Source of the DNA: Clostridiales bacterium | GTDB taxonomy: Bacteria > Bacillota > Dehalobacteriia > UBA7702 | DNA length: 64,000 bases | Direction of reading: 5' to 3' | Assembly: GCA_036644995.1 (NCBI GenBank) | Contig: JAVXOZ010000005.1 | Span: 28,067 to 92,066 of the forward strand | Made by a program: the position numbers and the translations under genes | Notes under the pieces: model-generated | The model's database searches: none | Seen by the model: the letters and a program-made list of their open reading frames with translations, nothing else | Told to the model about the DNA's origin: nothing | Shown here: piece after piece, positions 26,862-36,650 of the stretch | How positions within the stretch are numbered: position 1 is the stretch's first letter | How the letters are laid out: each line of letters starts with the position of its first letter

Positions 26862-27850
26862 CCGGCATTATCCCCCTCGTTATTAGTATTCTCACTACCA
26901 CCGTTACTGCCGCTATCTGTGTTATCGGCATTGTCTGTATTATCCGTGGTTTGGTCAGATGTAGTGCCATCTGTATTTTCATCGGTGGTGGAACCATCGG
27001 TAGTATTATCTGTATTTGTGGTTTTTTTGGTATCCTTGGGTTTTTCTTTACTGGGTATTAAAATCAAAACCTCGCTGATGGAATCGAACTTGCAAAACGG
27101 CTCAATAATTGCCTCTTTGCTTAATCCATCCAAGGAATTGCCCACTTTTACCACTGAGCCTACCAATAAACCACCGGGGAAAATTCCCCCTTCACCGGAT
27201 GTAACCACCACATCGTTTAATTGCAATTCTGCATTAAAAGGTAAATTAGACATATTCAATAGCCCTTTACCCCCACCAATACCCGTTAAAACCCCGGGTA
27301 TGCGGCTGCCTTGGGTCATACCCCCCAAAGAGCCTTTGGCATCAAGAATCAGCAAAACTTCCGATGATTTTTCCGTTACATTGGTAGTTCTGCCCACTAA
27401 GCCATATTCGTTTACCACAGCCATATTAGGCTCTACCCCATCGGCATAGCCTTTATTAATCAGCAATCTTTCATACCAATTATCTATTTCACGGCCTTTT
27501 ACCGTGGCAACGCACATATCCCAATTTTTGGCATATGTTTTTTGTAAATCCAGCAAATCACGCAATCTTTGATTTTCCGAAGCGGTTTCCGCAGATAAAG
27601 AAGCTGCCGCCTTATATTTTGCCAAATCTTTATTGGCAGCATCCAACTGTTTTTCCAGATTTTTTTTGGTATCAAAGTCAAACATATTGGAAAAGAAATC
27701 ACCCACCGCAGCAAAGGGTGCCATCAGTGTTCTGGCGGTAGATTCAGGCGCCGTAAGCTTATCCATTGAGCCGCAGCCTCGAGCCACAATCAACAGAATT
27801 ATTGCCACGGCAATTATTAATACAAATTTCCATTTTCGCTGTATTTTCAT
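26858..27850 (-). CDS. mreC: rod shape-determining protein MreC
   Basis: 330 aa with a TM, a coiled coil and MreC beta domains, plus a T/D/N-rich tail. Confidence 0.85.
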   Translation of the reverse strand: MKIQRKWKFVLIIAVAIILLIVARGCGSMDKLTAPESTARTLMAPFAAVGDFFSNMFDFDTKKNLEKQLDAANKDLAKYKAAASLSAETASENQRLRDLLDLQKTYAKNWDMCVATVKGREIDNWYERLLINKGYADGVEPNMAVVNEYGLVGRTTNVTEKSSEVLLILDAKGSLGGMTQGSRIPGVLTGIGGGKGLLNMSNLPFNAELQLNDVVVTSGEGGIFPGGLLVGSVVKVGNSLDGLSKEAIIEPFCKFDSISEVLILIPSKEKPKDTKKTTNTDNTTDGSTTDENTDGTTSDQTTDNTDNADNTDSGSNGGSENTNNEGDNAG

Positions 27851-27985
27851 AACAATAAATATACCTCTGAATTATCAACAATAAGTGTTAAGTCCATGTA
27901 TAAAGCGTGGAAGTATTTACATTTTATCTATATCAGTTTCACACATTCACACTAAATATTTTAAATCTGATTTTATGTTTTAGCA

Positions 27986-28075
27986 AATTAATTTTACAGA
28001 TTTTGGTGTTACAATTTTAATAATTTAACCAATTAATTTTATAGGTTTTGGTGTTTCAATTTTAATTTTTTAACC
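27986..28075. repeat. two tandem 45-nt units
   Basis: AATTAATTTTACAGATTTTGGTGTTACAATTTTAATAATTTAACC is repeated with a few substitutions. Confidence 0.85.
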
Positions 28076-28181
28076 ACAGAGCCAAATTTTCAAGATTTTT
28101 CCACGATATTTGCAATTTTGAATACGCATATGCGGAATTTAAGTAAAACTTAACTGAAGTAAATCTTTAAAATAATAGTTT

Positions 28182-28313
28182 TTATCCAAAGAAGTTGTGG
28201 TTTTTGTCCAAGAAAATTATGATTCTCATTCAACAAAGTTACGGCTATTATCCAAGGAAGTTGTAGCTATTATCCAAGGAAGTTGTGGTTCTTCTCCAAG
28301 GAAGTTTTGGTAA
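28182..28313. repeat. degenerate tandem array, six 22-nt units
   Basis: Unit TTATCCAAGGAAGTTGTGGTTC, directly 3' of the maf stop. Confidence 0.85.
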
Positions 28314-28375
28314 TTTTAAAAGTTAGAAATTAAACAATTAAAAACAATAAAACTTTTCTGCAAAACAATTGGTTT

Positions 28376-28960
28376 TTAGCCCAATAAATCAATGCCAATT
28401 TCCTTAAATAGCGTATATAGCTTATTTACCGGCAAGCCAACCACATTAAAATAATCACCCTCCAAGCGGCGGATAAATAAACTGCCTAAACCTTGAGCAC
28501 CATAGCCACCTGCTTTATCCATGGGTTCCCCTGTGGCAACATAGCTTTCTATTTCCCTTTGGTTAAGCTCCTGAAAATAAACCACAGTTTGCTCCATAGC
28601 ACTAACAGTGCGGTTATTGCCTTTATCCACCATGCCAATGGCGGTTATTACAATGTGCTCCCTACCGCTTAAAGAACTGAGCATAGATTTGGCATCTGCC
28701 ACATTTTCAGGTTTGCCCAAAATTTTATTATCCAACACCACAATGGTATCTGCGGCAAGAAATATTCCTTCTTTTTCACCATGGGCTTTAGCTGCGGCAA
28801 TGGCTTTTTGCACAGCCATACGCAAAACATAAGATTGGGGTTCTTCCTCAGCCATGGGTGTTTCATCTATATTGGCAGGGGCAATGGTAAAATCCAAGCC
28901 CAAATTTGCCAAAATTTCTTTACGCCTGGGAGATGCCGAGGCTAAAATGATTTTTTTCAT
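28376..28960 (-). CDS. maf: Maf family nucleotide pyrophosphatase
   Basis: Start set at MKKIILASASPRRKE (ATG 28960). The track start at 29023 overlaps folC. Confidence 0.85.
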   Translation of the reverse strand: MKKIILASASPRRKEILANLGLDFTIAPANIDETPMAEEEPQSYVLRMAVQKAIAAAKAHGEKEGIFLAADTIVVLDNKILGKPENVADAKSMLSSLSGREHIVITAIGMVDKGNNRTVSAMEQTVVYFQELNQREIESYVATGEPMDKAGGYGAQGLGSLFIRRLEGDYFNVVGLPVNKLYTLFKEIGIDLLG

Positions 28961-28985
28961 ATTTTTCGCTTTCAATTTACTTAAT

Positions 28986-30290
28986 TTATTCGCTTTTAAT
29001 ACCCAAAATATAACCTCTGGCATCTGCCACCATGTAAAGGGAGCCTGTAATCAAAAGCAAGGCATCATCACCCATTTCTTTGGTGAGTTTTTGTGCCAAT
29101 TTACAGCCATCGGGTATTTTTTCTTCCAAATAAATTTTATCGCAGTAAGGCTCAAAGAACTTCGCAATCATCTCATAATCACCTGCACGGGCATTGTTTG
29201 GCTTGGTTACCACCACTTGGTCTACAAGGGGGCCAAGTAATGCCACGGCTTTTTCACGCTCTTTATCTGCCAGCATACCTATGAGCACAACTATTTTTTT
29301 ATCGCTGAAATGGTCTTTTAAATATTGGGTTAAAACCCCCATGCCATGGTCGTTATGTGCACCATCTATAATGGTAAGTGGGTCATTTGCCACTTTTTCC
29401 AAACGGCAAGGCCACTGGGTTTTTGCCAATCCTTTACGGATAATATCTTCGGATAAGCCCCATAATATTCCGGCTTTAACCGCCACACCGCCATTGGTTA
29501 TTTGGTGTTTCCCCTGTAAGGGAGTGAATAATTCCTTAAATTCCACGGTATCATCACGATAATTAAACCACTGTCCATCGGAGGATTCTCTCACAAATTC
29601 CACATTGAAATCACGGTTTATGGCAGATAGGGATAAAGCCCCGGTTTCTGCGATTTTTTCATCAACCATAGATAGCAAATTTTCTTCGGTTATCCCTGTT
29701 ACCACCGAACAATCTTTTTTAATTATCCCTGATTTGGTGGCACAAATAGCCTCTTTGGTTTTGCCCAAATATTCGGTGTGTTCCAAAGCTATATTGGTAA
29801 GGATAGCCACTTTTACATCTTTTATTACATTGGTGGCATCAATTTCGCCCCCCATGCCCACTTCCATAACTGCGGTTTTAACGCCTTTTTTGGCAAAATA
29901 GTAAAATGCCATTACAGCGTTTACCTCAAATTCCGTAGGCTGTTCAAAGCCATCTTTTATCATAGCTTCGATATGTGGGTGAATTTCGTTTAACAAAGTT
30001 GCCACATCATCATGGGAAATCATTTCTCCGCCGATGCGAAAACGCTCACGGTAGGAGTGTAAATGGGGGGAAGTAAACATACCGGGGTTTTCCCCTGCCA
30101 CGGTGAGCATGGAATTAAGCATAGCAGTTATGCTCCCTTTGCCATTGGTGCCACCCACATGAATATATTTCATGGTATCTTGGGGATTCCCCAAGCGGCG
30201 CAACAATTCTTCCACTCTACCCAAGCCAAAATTGAAACCAAATTTAGTTAAATCTCTCATATATAAAAGTGATTCGGTATAATTCATCAT
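28986..30290 (-). CDS. folC: bifunctional folylpolyglutamate synthase/dihydrofolate synthase
   Basis: 434 aa with the Mur-ligase P-loop GGTNGKGS, downstream of valS as is typical. Confidence 0.9.
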   Translation of the reverse strand: MMNYTESLLYMRDLTKFGFNFGLGRVEELLRRLGNPQDTMKYIHVGGTNGKGSITAMLNSMLTVAGENPGMFTSPHLHSYRERFRIGGEMISHDDVATLLNEIHPHIEAMIKDGFEQPTEFEVNAVMAFYYFAKKGVKTAVMEVGMGGEIDATNVIKDVKVAILTNIALEHTEYLGKTKEAICATKSGIIKKDCSVVTGITEENLLSMVDEKIAETGALSLSAINRDFNVEFVRESSDGQWFNYRDDTVEFKELFTPLQGKHQITNGGVAVKAGILWGLSEDIIRKGLAKTQWPCRLEKVANDPLTIIDGAHNDHGMGVLTQYLKDHFSDKKIVVLIGMLADKEREKAVALLGPLVDQVVVTKPNNARAGDYEMIAKFFEPYCDKIYLEEKIPDGCKLAQKLTKEMGDDALLLITGSLYMVADARGYILGIKSE

Positions 30291-30293
30291 GGT

Positions 30294-32942
30294 TTATTCC
30301 ACCTCTGAAAGCATGGTCAAGGTTTCTTGAAGCCCTGCCAATTTTTTATTATATTCTGTTAATTTAGCTTTTTCGCCTTCCACCACATCAGCGGGGGCTT
30401 TTGCTAAAAATCCTTGATTATTTAATTTGCCATTAAGACGTTTAATTTCTTTTTCCACATTTGCCATATCTTTATTTAGCCGTGCTTTTTCTTTATCCAT
30501 ATCTATAAGCCCTGCTAAAGGTAGATAAATACGGGCATCGCCCAAAATAGCAGCTGCGGCACCCTTGGGTGCTTCATCATTTAAACCGATAAAGGAAACT
30601 TCATCAATGGCGGCCATTTTATCCAAATAAACCTTGGTAGCCTCAATAACAGCTTTGGTTTTTTCATCCACTGCTAAAATTAATTTAGCTTTTTGACCCA
30701 AAGGTATTTTCTTTTCTGCCCTTAAATTACGGATAGTTTTTATCATTTCTATAAGCATATCCATATCTTTGGTGGCTTCCTCATCTTCAAAGGCAGGTTC
30801 CGCCTTGGGGTAAGGTGCTAAAACTATGGAATCACCTGTATGTGGCAGTTTTTGCCAAATTTCCTCGGTAATATAGGGCATAAAGGGATGTAGCAATTCC
30901 AAAGCACGGGAGAGCACATAAACCAAAATTCTTTGGCTTTGCAATCTTTCTTGGGCACTTGCTTTATATAAGGAATTTTTAGATAATTCCACATACCAAT
31001 CGCAAAAATCGTCCCAAATAAATTCGTAAATACCGTGGGAAGCTTCGCCCATTTCGTATTTATCCAAATTTTCTCGGGTTGAAGCCGCAACTTTATTAAG
31101 TTTAGATAAAATCCAGCGGTCGTGAATAGCCAGTTTTTCCTTATCCCAGTCCCCTTCTTCCATGCCCTCTAAATTCATGAGCACAAAGCGACTGGCGTTC
31201 CAAATTTTATTGGCAAAATTGCGGCTGCCTTCCAAGCGTTCTTCTCTAAACCGCAAATTATTTCCCGGGGTGTTTCCTGTAACCAGCATAAAACGCAGGC
31301 TGTCCGCACCGTAATTTTCTATAATTTCCAAGGGGTCTACACCGTTACCCAAGGATTTACTCATTTTTTTACCGTTTTTATCCAAAACCAAGCCGTGAAT
31401 CAGCACTTCTTTAAAGGGCACTTGGTCTGTGATTGCCAAGGAGCTGAAAATCATCCGAGCCACCCAAAAGAAGATAATATCCCAACCTGTAACCAAAACC
31501 GAGGTGGGGAAATATTTTTCCAAATCCGCTGTTTTATCGGGCCAGCCCAAAGTTGAAAAAGGCCATAATGCCGAGGAAAACCAAGTATCCAGCACATCTT
31601 CATCTTGTTTTAGATGGGTACTGCCACAGGTAGGGCAAGTGGTGGGATCTTCTCTTTTGCAAATTTCCCCTCCGCAATCATCACAATACCACACAGGAAT
31701 GCGGTGTCCCCACCAAAGCTGGCGAGAAATGCACCAATCACGAATATTTTCCATCCAATTCAAATAAACCTTATCAAATCGAGATGGTACAAAGGCAGTT
31801 TCCCCATTTTTAACCGCAGCAATGGCAGGTTCTGCCAAGGGTTGCATTTTTAAAAACCATTGTCTGGAAATTAGTGGCTCAATGGTGGTGCCACAGCGAT
31901 AGCATTGCCCAACCGCATGGATATGCACTTCTTCCTTACCGCCCAAGCCCAATTTTTCTAAATCATCAAGTAAAGCGGTGCGGCATTCATAGCGATCCAT
32001 ACCCTGATATTTTCCTGCTGCCGCAGTCATTTTGGCATCTAAATCTATAACCTCTATTTGTGGTAAATTGTGGCGTAAACCCACTTCAAAATCGTTAGGG
32101 TCGTGAAAAGGTGTTATTTTAACCACCCCTGTGCCAAATTCTTTATCCACATAATCATCGGCTATAATAGGTATTTCTCTATTAATTATAGGAATTATTG
32201 CGGTTTTGCCCACATATTCTGTATAGCGAGAATCTTGGGGATTAACCGCCAAAGCCGCATCACCCAGCATGGTTTCAGGGCGGGTGGTGGCAACGGTAAG
32301 GTAAACATTGCTATCATCTTTTAATTTATATTTAATTTCCCAAAGATGCCCTTCTTGTTCTTCATGTTCCACTTCAATATCTGAAATAGTGGTATGGCAT
32401 TTGGGGCACCAATTAACTATATATTTATCTCTATAAATAAGATTTTTTTCGTAATAAGTAACAAAGGCTTCACGCACTGCATGGGAAAGTCCTTCATCCA
32501 TGGTAAATCTTTCACGTTCCCAATCGCAGGAGGCACCAACACCACGGAGTTGACCCACAATGCGGTCGTGGTAGCGATTTTTCCATTCAAAGGTTTTTTC
32601 GATAAAGGCTTCTCTGCCTATTTCTTCTTTACTGCTGCCTTCGCTGCGTAACTGTTCTTCCACTTTGGCTTGGGTAGCAATACCTGCATGATCCGTACCC
32701 GGCAACCACAAAGTATTAAAGCCGCACATTCTTTTATATCTGGTTAAAATATCCTGCATGGTTACGTCTAAAGCGTGACCCATGTGTAATTGACCTGTTA
32801 CATTTGGAGGTGGTATCACAATGCAGAAAGGTTCACGCTCATCGTTAACATCGGCGTGAAAATATTTATTGTCCTCCCAAAATTGATACCATTTTCCTTC
32901 TACTTCCTTAGGGTTGTAGATGGAGTTAAGCTCTCCTGTCAT
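30294..32942 (-). CDS. valS: valine--tRNA ligase
   Basis: 882 aa with HMGH(AL) HIGH-type and KMSKS motifs and a C-terminal coiled coil. Confidence 0.97.
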   Translation of the reverse strand: MTGELNSIYNPKEVEGKWYQFWEDNKYFHADVNDEREPFCIVIPPPNVTGQLHMGHALDVTMQDILTRYKRMCGFNTLWLPGTDHAGIATQAKVEEQLRSEGSSKEEIGREAFIEKTFEWKNRYHDRIVGQLRGVGASCDWERERFTMDEGLSHAVREAFVTYYEKNLIYRDKYIVNWCPKCHTTISDIEVEHEEQEGHLWEIKYKLKDDSNVYLTVATTRPETMLGDAALAVNPQDSRYTEYVGKTAIIPIINREIPIIADDYVDKEFGTGVVKITPFHDPNDFEVGLRHNLPQIEVIDLDAKMTAAAGKYQGMDRYECRTALLDDLEKLGLGGKEEVHIHAVGQCYRCGTTIEPLISRQWFLKMQPLAEPAIAAVKNGETAFVPSRFDKVYLNWMENIRDWCISRQLWWGHRIPVWYCDDCGGEICKREDPTTCPTCGSTHLKQDEDVLDTWFSSALWPFSTLGWPDKTADLEKYFPTSVLVTGWDIIFFWVARMIFSSLAITDQVPFKEVLIHGLVLDKNGKKMSKSLGNGVDPLEIIENYGADSLRFMLVTGNTPGNNLRFREERLEGSRNFANKIWNASRFVLMNLEGMEEGDWDKEKLAIHDRWILSKLNKVAASTRENLDKYEMGEASHGIYEFIWDDFCDWYVELSKNSLYKASAQERLQSQRILVYVLSRALELLHPFMPYITEEIWQKLPHTGDSIVLAPYPKAEPAFEDEEATKDMDMLIEMIKTIRNLRAEKKIPLGQKAKLILAVDEKTKAVIEATKVYLDKMAAIDEVSFIGLNDEAPKGAAAAILGDARIYLPLAGLIDMDKEKARLNKDMANVEKEIKRLNGKLNNQGFLAKAPADVVEGEKAKLTEYNKKLAGLQETLTMLSEVE

Positions 32943-32959
32943 CTTATATCCTCCTTAAG

Positions 32960-33002
32960 ATAAAAGGCAAAATGTGTTTTACACTGCTAAAAGGTCATTT
33001 TG
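32960..33002 (-). promoter_or_regulatory. terminator-like leader hairpin directly upstream of the valS RBS
   Basis: On the minus strand, GGCAAAATG...CATTTTGCC (9 bp) is followed by TTTTATCTTAAGGAGG and the ATG. Confidence 0.5.
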
Positions 33003-33190
33003 CCACAAATTTTCTATTTTTTACTTACCAAGCCATAGCTTTGGCATTTTAATAATCAATATATTATAACATATTATGCCATTACATTAAAGGTTTTTTT
33101 CAATAAATACCACCATAATATAGTAAATTTTTACCATATAAATCATAATTTTTAAATAATTCAACATTAAGGCGAAAAGAGGGCAAAAAA

Positions 33191-33592
33191 GTGAGAGTAA
33201 TAAAAACCGCAAGTGAGATATTTATAGCAATTTTTGGTGTTACCCTACTCTATATTATTTTAAATGATGCAGAAATTTTACCTTGGAAAATAATGGAAAA
33301 AATTTGGTTATTTTACGCTGCTTTCTGCGGTTTTGCCATAGCCTACATCTTTGGTAAAAATTTTTCTTTAAGTGGCGGCGGCTTGTTTTTATCCTTTTGT
33401 TTTATTATACCCCCAACGCTTTTATCATATTATGCCGCTTTACCTTGGGGGGATTTTTTCTTTGCCCCTTTGCCCATAATTTTAGCTGGAGTTTTTTCCG
33501 CTTTGGGTGAAGCCACAGCACGACTTATAACCAAAGCCAAAATTGAAAAAGCCAACAAAAAAACTGCTGAAAATAATTTAAAAAGCCAATGA
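33191..33592 (+). CDS. small hypothetical membrane protein
   Basis: GTG start after AGAGGG. 133 aa with about 4 TM segments. No family recognised. Confidence 0.5.
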   Translation: MRVIKTASEIFIAIFGVTLLYIILNDAEILPWKIMEKIWLFYAAFCGFAIAYIFGKNFSLSGGGLFLSFCFIIPPTLLSYYAALPWGDFFFAPLPIILAGVFSALGEATARLITKAKIEKANKKTAENNLKSQ

Positions 33593-33708
33593 GAAATCCC
33601 TAAACATTTTATGCTTATTATTTAAAGCGTCAATGAAAAAATCCTAAAAAATACGCTTATTTCAGCAATAAATAACTGCGACAAATTAAATAGATGCACC
33701 AAATTAAA

Positions 33709-33737
33709 ACCGCCTCCTGTTATTTTCAGGGGGCGGT
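33709..33737. terminator. bidirectional intrinsic terminator
   Basis: 10-bp stem CCGCCTCCTG/CAGGGGGCGG. TTTTAATTT follows on the minus strand and TAAATTTT on the plus strand. Confidence 0.7.
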
Positions 33738-33831
33738 AAATTTTAGATGAACACCTGTTATTTTTTTAGCTAAGGGTAGATTTTAGGTGAAGGGTAAATT
33801 TGTTGAGATGTACGATTGTGAAAAAAACTAT

Positions 33832-34137
33832 TTAATGGTGGTGGTGGTGCTCCCCACCGCAGCCACAGCCACAGCCACAGCCTTTTTTTTGCAGATGTTT
33901 ATGGTCACGGTTTTCACGCCTTTTGGCATTTCCCGAGTCTGAGGTTCTTAAAGCTTCATACTCGCCTTTTTCGTTTTCCACCAGCACATTGTCTAAGGTT
34001 GCCCGCATATTTGCCTTTACAGATTCCAAATATTCTTTGCGTAAATCTGCTCTTTCCAGTGTTTCTTCCATTGTTAGCTCACTCTCTTTGGCTTTTTTTG
34101 CCAGAGCGTTTATTCTTGCTATTTTATCTTTATCCAT
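33832..34137 (-). CDS. DUF896 (YnzC/UPF0291-like) protein with C-terminal CGCGCGCGGEHHHHH tail
   Basis: N-terminus KIARINALAKKAKESELTMEETLERADLRKEYL is DUF896-like. The tail is read directly from the sequence. It overlaps the znuB stop by 8 nt. Confidence 0.8.
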   Translation of the reverse strand: MDKDKIARINALAKKAKESELTMEETLERADLRKEYLESVKANMRATLDNVLVENEKGEYEALRTSDSGNAKRRENRDHKHLQKKGCGCGCGCGGEHHHHH

Positions 34138-34972
34138 TTTGATTCCTCCTACGATATAGTGACATTATAAAGCCAACTAAGGCAAATAAACCTAAAACTA
34201 TTAAATTTACCACAACAATGCTGGCACCTGCAGGTAAAGATAGTCCAAAAGAAACCACAATACCCCAGAAAAAACAGAAAATTGAAATTACCGCTGAGGA
34301 AATAACCACCAATTTAAAACCATGGAATACCCGCATAGATGAAAGTGCAGGAAAAATTATTAAACTGGATATCAGCATGGTTCCCATAATACGCATACCC
34401 ACCACTATAGTACAGGCGGTTAATAAGGCAATAAGCATATTGTAAACACCTGCCTTGGTGCCTGTGGCGGCTGCAAAGTTTTCATCAAAGGTTACGGCAA
34501 AAATTTTATTATAAAATACCACAAATAAGATAAATACCAAAGCTGAAAGACCAATGCTTAAATATACATCTTGGTTGTTCATGGCTAAAATACTGCCAAA
34601 CATATAGCTATATATATCCACATTTAACCCACCGGACATAGAGGTAACAATAACCCCAATGGCAATGGCACTGCTGGAGATTAAGGCAATGGCGGCATCT
34701 CCTTTTATTTTGCTGTTTTCACTTAATCTTAAAAGCAAAATTGCTGCCACCATAACAATGGGAATGGAAATATTTAAAGGTGCTACATTTAAAGCCAAAG
34801 CCACAGATAAAGCACCAAATCCCACATGAGCCAGTCCATCACCAATCATGGAATATCTTTTTAAAACCAAGGTAACACCAAGGAGTGCAGCACAAACCGA
34901 AACCAAAGAACCTACAATCAGTGCCCTAACCAAAAAAGAATAGGAAAAAACTTGCTGTAATAATTCTAACAT
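34130..34972 (-). CDS. znuB: zinc/manganese ABC transporter permease (ZnuB-like)
   Basis: Start at MLELLQQV (ATG 34972) after GGGAGGGG. Polytopic ABC-3 family membrane protein. Confidence 0.8.
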   Translation of the reverse strand: MLELLQQVFSYSFLVRALIVGSLVSVCAALLGVTLVLKRYSMIGDGLAHVGFGALSVALALNVAPLNISIPIVMVAAILLLRLSENSKIKGDAAIALISSSAIAIGVIVTSMSGGLNVDIYSYMFGSILAMNNQDVYLSIGLSALVFILFVVFYNKIFAVTFDENFAAATGTKAGVYNMLIALLTACTIVVGMRIMGTMLISSLIIFPALSSMRVFHGFKLVVISSAVISIFCFFWGIVVSFGLSLPAGASIVVVNLIVLGLFALVGFIMSLYRRRNQNG

Positions 34973-35673
34973 TGGCATTCCCCTCCCAAAAATATACGGC
35001 AAATTTTAGAATGGGTATAGGTAGCGGTATCACCGAAAAACATTACTTTTTGATCCAAATGCAAAATTTTATTGCTGTGTTTTAAAGCACCCTCCATATC
35101 ATGGGTAACCATGATAATAGCTATGTTTTGGGTTTTATTAATTTTTTCAATTATATCATAAAATTCTCCGGTAATAACAGGGTCTAAGCCTGTAACAGGC
35201 TCATCAAGGAGCAATAATTTTTTAGTGGCGGATAAGGCACGAGCCAGCAAAACACGCTGCTGCTGGCCACCGGATAAATCACGGTAGCTTTTGTGTTTTA
35301 AAGCCGTTATGCCTAAAATTTCCATGTTATGGGCTGCCAGTTCTTTTTCTTTATGTGAATAAAAAGGTATGATGCCACGGCTGTTTAAAGTACCCGAAAG
35401 GCAAACCTCCCAAACCGAGGCAGGGAAGTCCTTTTGCACCACTGTTTGCTGTGGTAGGTAGCCAATTTCCGTGGATTTTAGCCCGTCACCATAAACTACT
35501 GCCCCGTTTTTTACCGGCAATAAGCCTAAAATTGTTTTTAAAAGTGTGCTTTTTCCCGAGCCGTTTGCCCCTAAAACCGAAAGAAAATCGCCTTTATCCA
35601 CTTGAAAACTCACATCGTCCAATGCTAAAGTATTTTCATAACCCATGGTTATATTATTACAGGAAAGGTACAT
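34966..35673 (-). CDS. znuC: metal ABC transporter ATP-binding protein (ZnuC-like)
   Basis: Walker A GANGSGKST, signature LSGGQQQR and Walker B LLLLDEP. Confidence 0.85.
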   Translation of the reverse strand: MYLSCNNITMGYENTLALDDVSFQVDKGDFLSVLGANGSGKSTLLKTILGLLPVKNGAVVYGDGLKSTEIGYLPQQTVVQKDFPASVWEVCLSGTLNSRGIIPFYSHKEKELAAHNMEILGITALKHKSYRDLSGGQQQRVLLARALSATKKLLLLDEPVTGLDPVITGEFYDIIEKINKTQNIAIIMVTHDMEGALKHSNKILHLDQKVMFFGDTATYTHSKICRIFLGGECQC

Positions 35674-36650
35674 TAATTTAATCCCTCTTTCAAATTTGCG
35701 GCATTTTGCTCCATTATTTGCAAATAGGAAATACCATCTTTTAATTCCGCTTCGGTAACATTATGGCAAGAATGCAGTAAAAGTAATTTTGCCCCTGTTT
35801 CCTCACCAATGCTTTGGGCAACGGTGGGGGTTCTTAATTCTTCATAAAATATAATGGGAATATTTTCTGTTTTTATTTCATCAATTAATTCAGATACTTT
35901 TTTGGCACTGGGTTCACCGCTATCGGAACAGGAATCATAGGCGGCATCATGCTCTAAGCCGTAATGGTCACAAAAATACAAAAAGGCAAATCTGCCGCCA
36001 AATATAATTTTATTTCTTTCACCTTCAGCGATTATGGTTTTAATTTCGTTATCCAAATCACTTAGCTGGGCTTTATAGTTTTTGGCATTTTCCTGATAAT
36101 ATTCGGCATTTTCAGGGTCTTTTTCTCCAAATGCCTTGGCGATATTATCCACCATAATCATGGCACGGGTGGGGTCTGTCCAAATATGAGGGTCTGCACT
36201 TTCTTCATGTACCGAGGTTTTTTCACCTTCATGTGCCTCATGGTTTGGGTGGGCAGGGTGATTTAAAAGGGGTATATCTTGGGAAACATCCACCACGGAT
36301 AAGGAATCAGAAGAAACACCATCTATAATAGTGGCAGCCCAAGGCTCCATAACATCTCCTGTGTAGAGGAAAAAATCCGCTTCGTTAATGGTAACTATAT
36401 CCCCTGGAGTAGGCTCATAGGAGTGGCTTTCCACCCCATTGGGCAATAGTTTTTCCACATTTACCTTATCGCCACCCACTATTTTGGCAAAATCGTATTG
36501 AGGGAATAAAGTGGCTATGGCGGTTAACTTATGGTTTTGGTTTGCAGAATTTTGGTCATCTTCGGCGGTTTTGTTTTTTTCACTGCCGCAAGCCACTAAG
36601 CCCAAGGCTAAAACCAAGGTTAAGCCCAAAAGTATTATTTTATTTTTCAT
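35673..36650 (-). CDS. znuA: zinc ABC transporter substrate-binding lipoprotein (ZnuA-like)
   Basis: Lipobox LVACG. His-rich loop HPAHPNHEAHEGEKTSVHEESADPH, typical of Zn-specific cluster A-I binding proteins. Confidence 0.85.
   Translation of the reverse strand: MKNKIILLGLTLVLALGLVACGSEKNKTAEDDQNSANQNHKLTAIATLFPQYDFAKIVGGDKVNVEKLLPNGVESHSYEPTPGDIVTINEADFFLYTGDVMEPWAATIIDGVSSDSLSVVDVSQDIPLLNHPAHPNHEAHEGEKTSVHEESADPHIWTDPTRAMIMVDNIAKAFGEKDPENAEYYQENAKNYKAQLSDLDNEIKTIIAEGERNKIIFGGRFAFLYFCDHYGLEHDAAYDSCSDSGEPSAKKVSELIDEIKTENIPIIFYEELRTPTVAQSIGEETGAKLLLLHSCHNVTEAELKDGISYLQIMEQNAANLKEGLN

Noticed and set aside
32943-33190. A T-box riboswitch upstream of valS
   Set aside because: The expected conserved T-box sequence (AGGGUGGUACCGCG-like) and specifier-loop architecture are not visible on the minus strand, and the apparent leader is only about 110 nt. 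It is kept as a terminator-like leader hairpin only. A covariance-model scan would be decisive.
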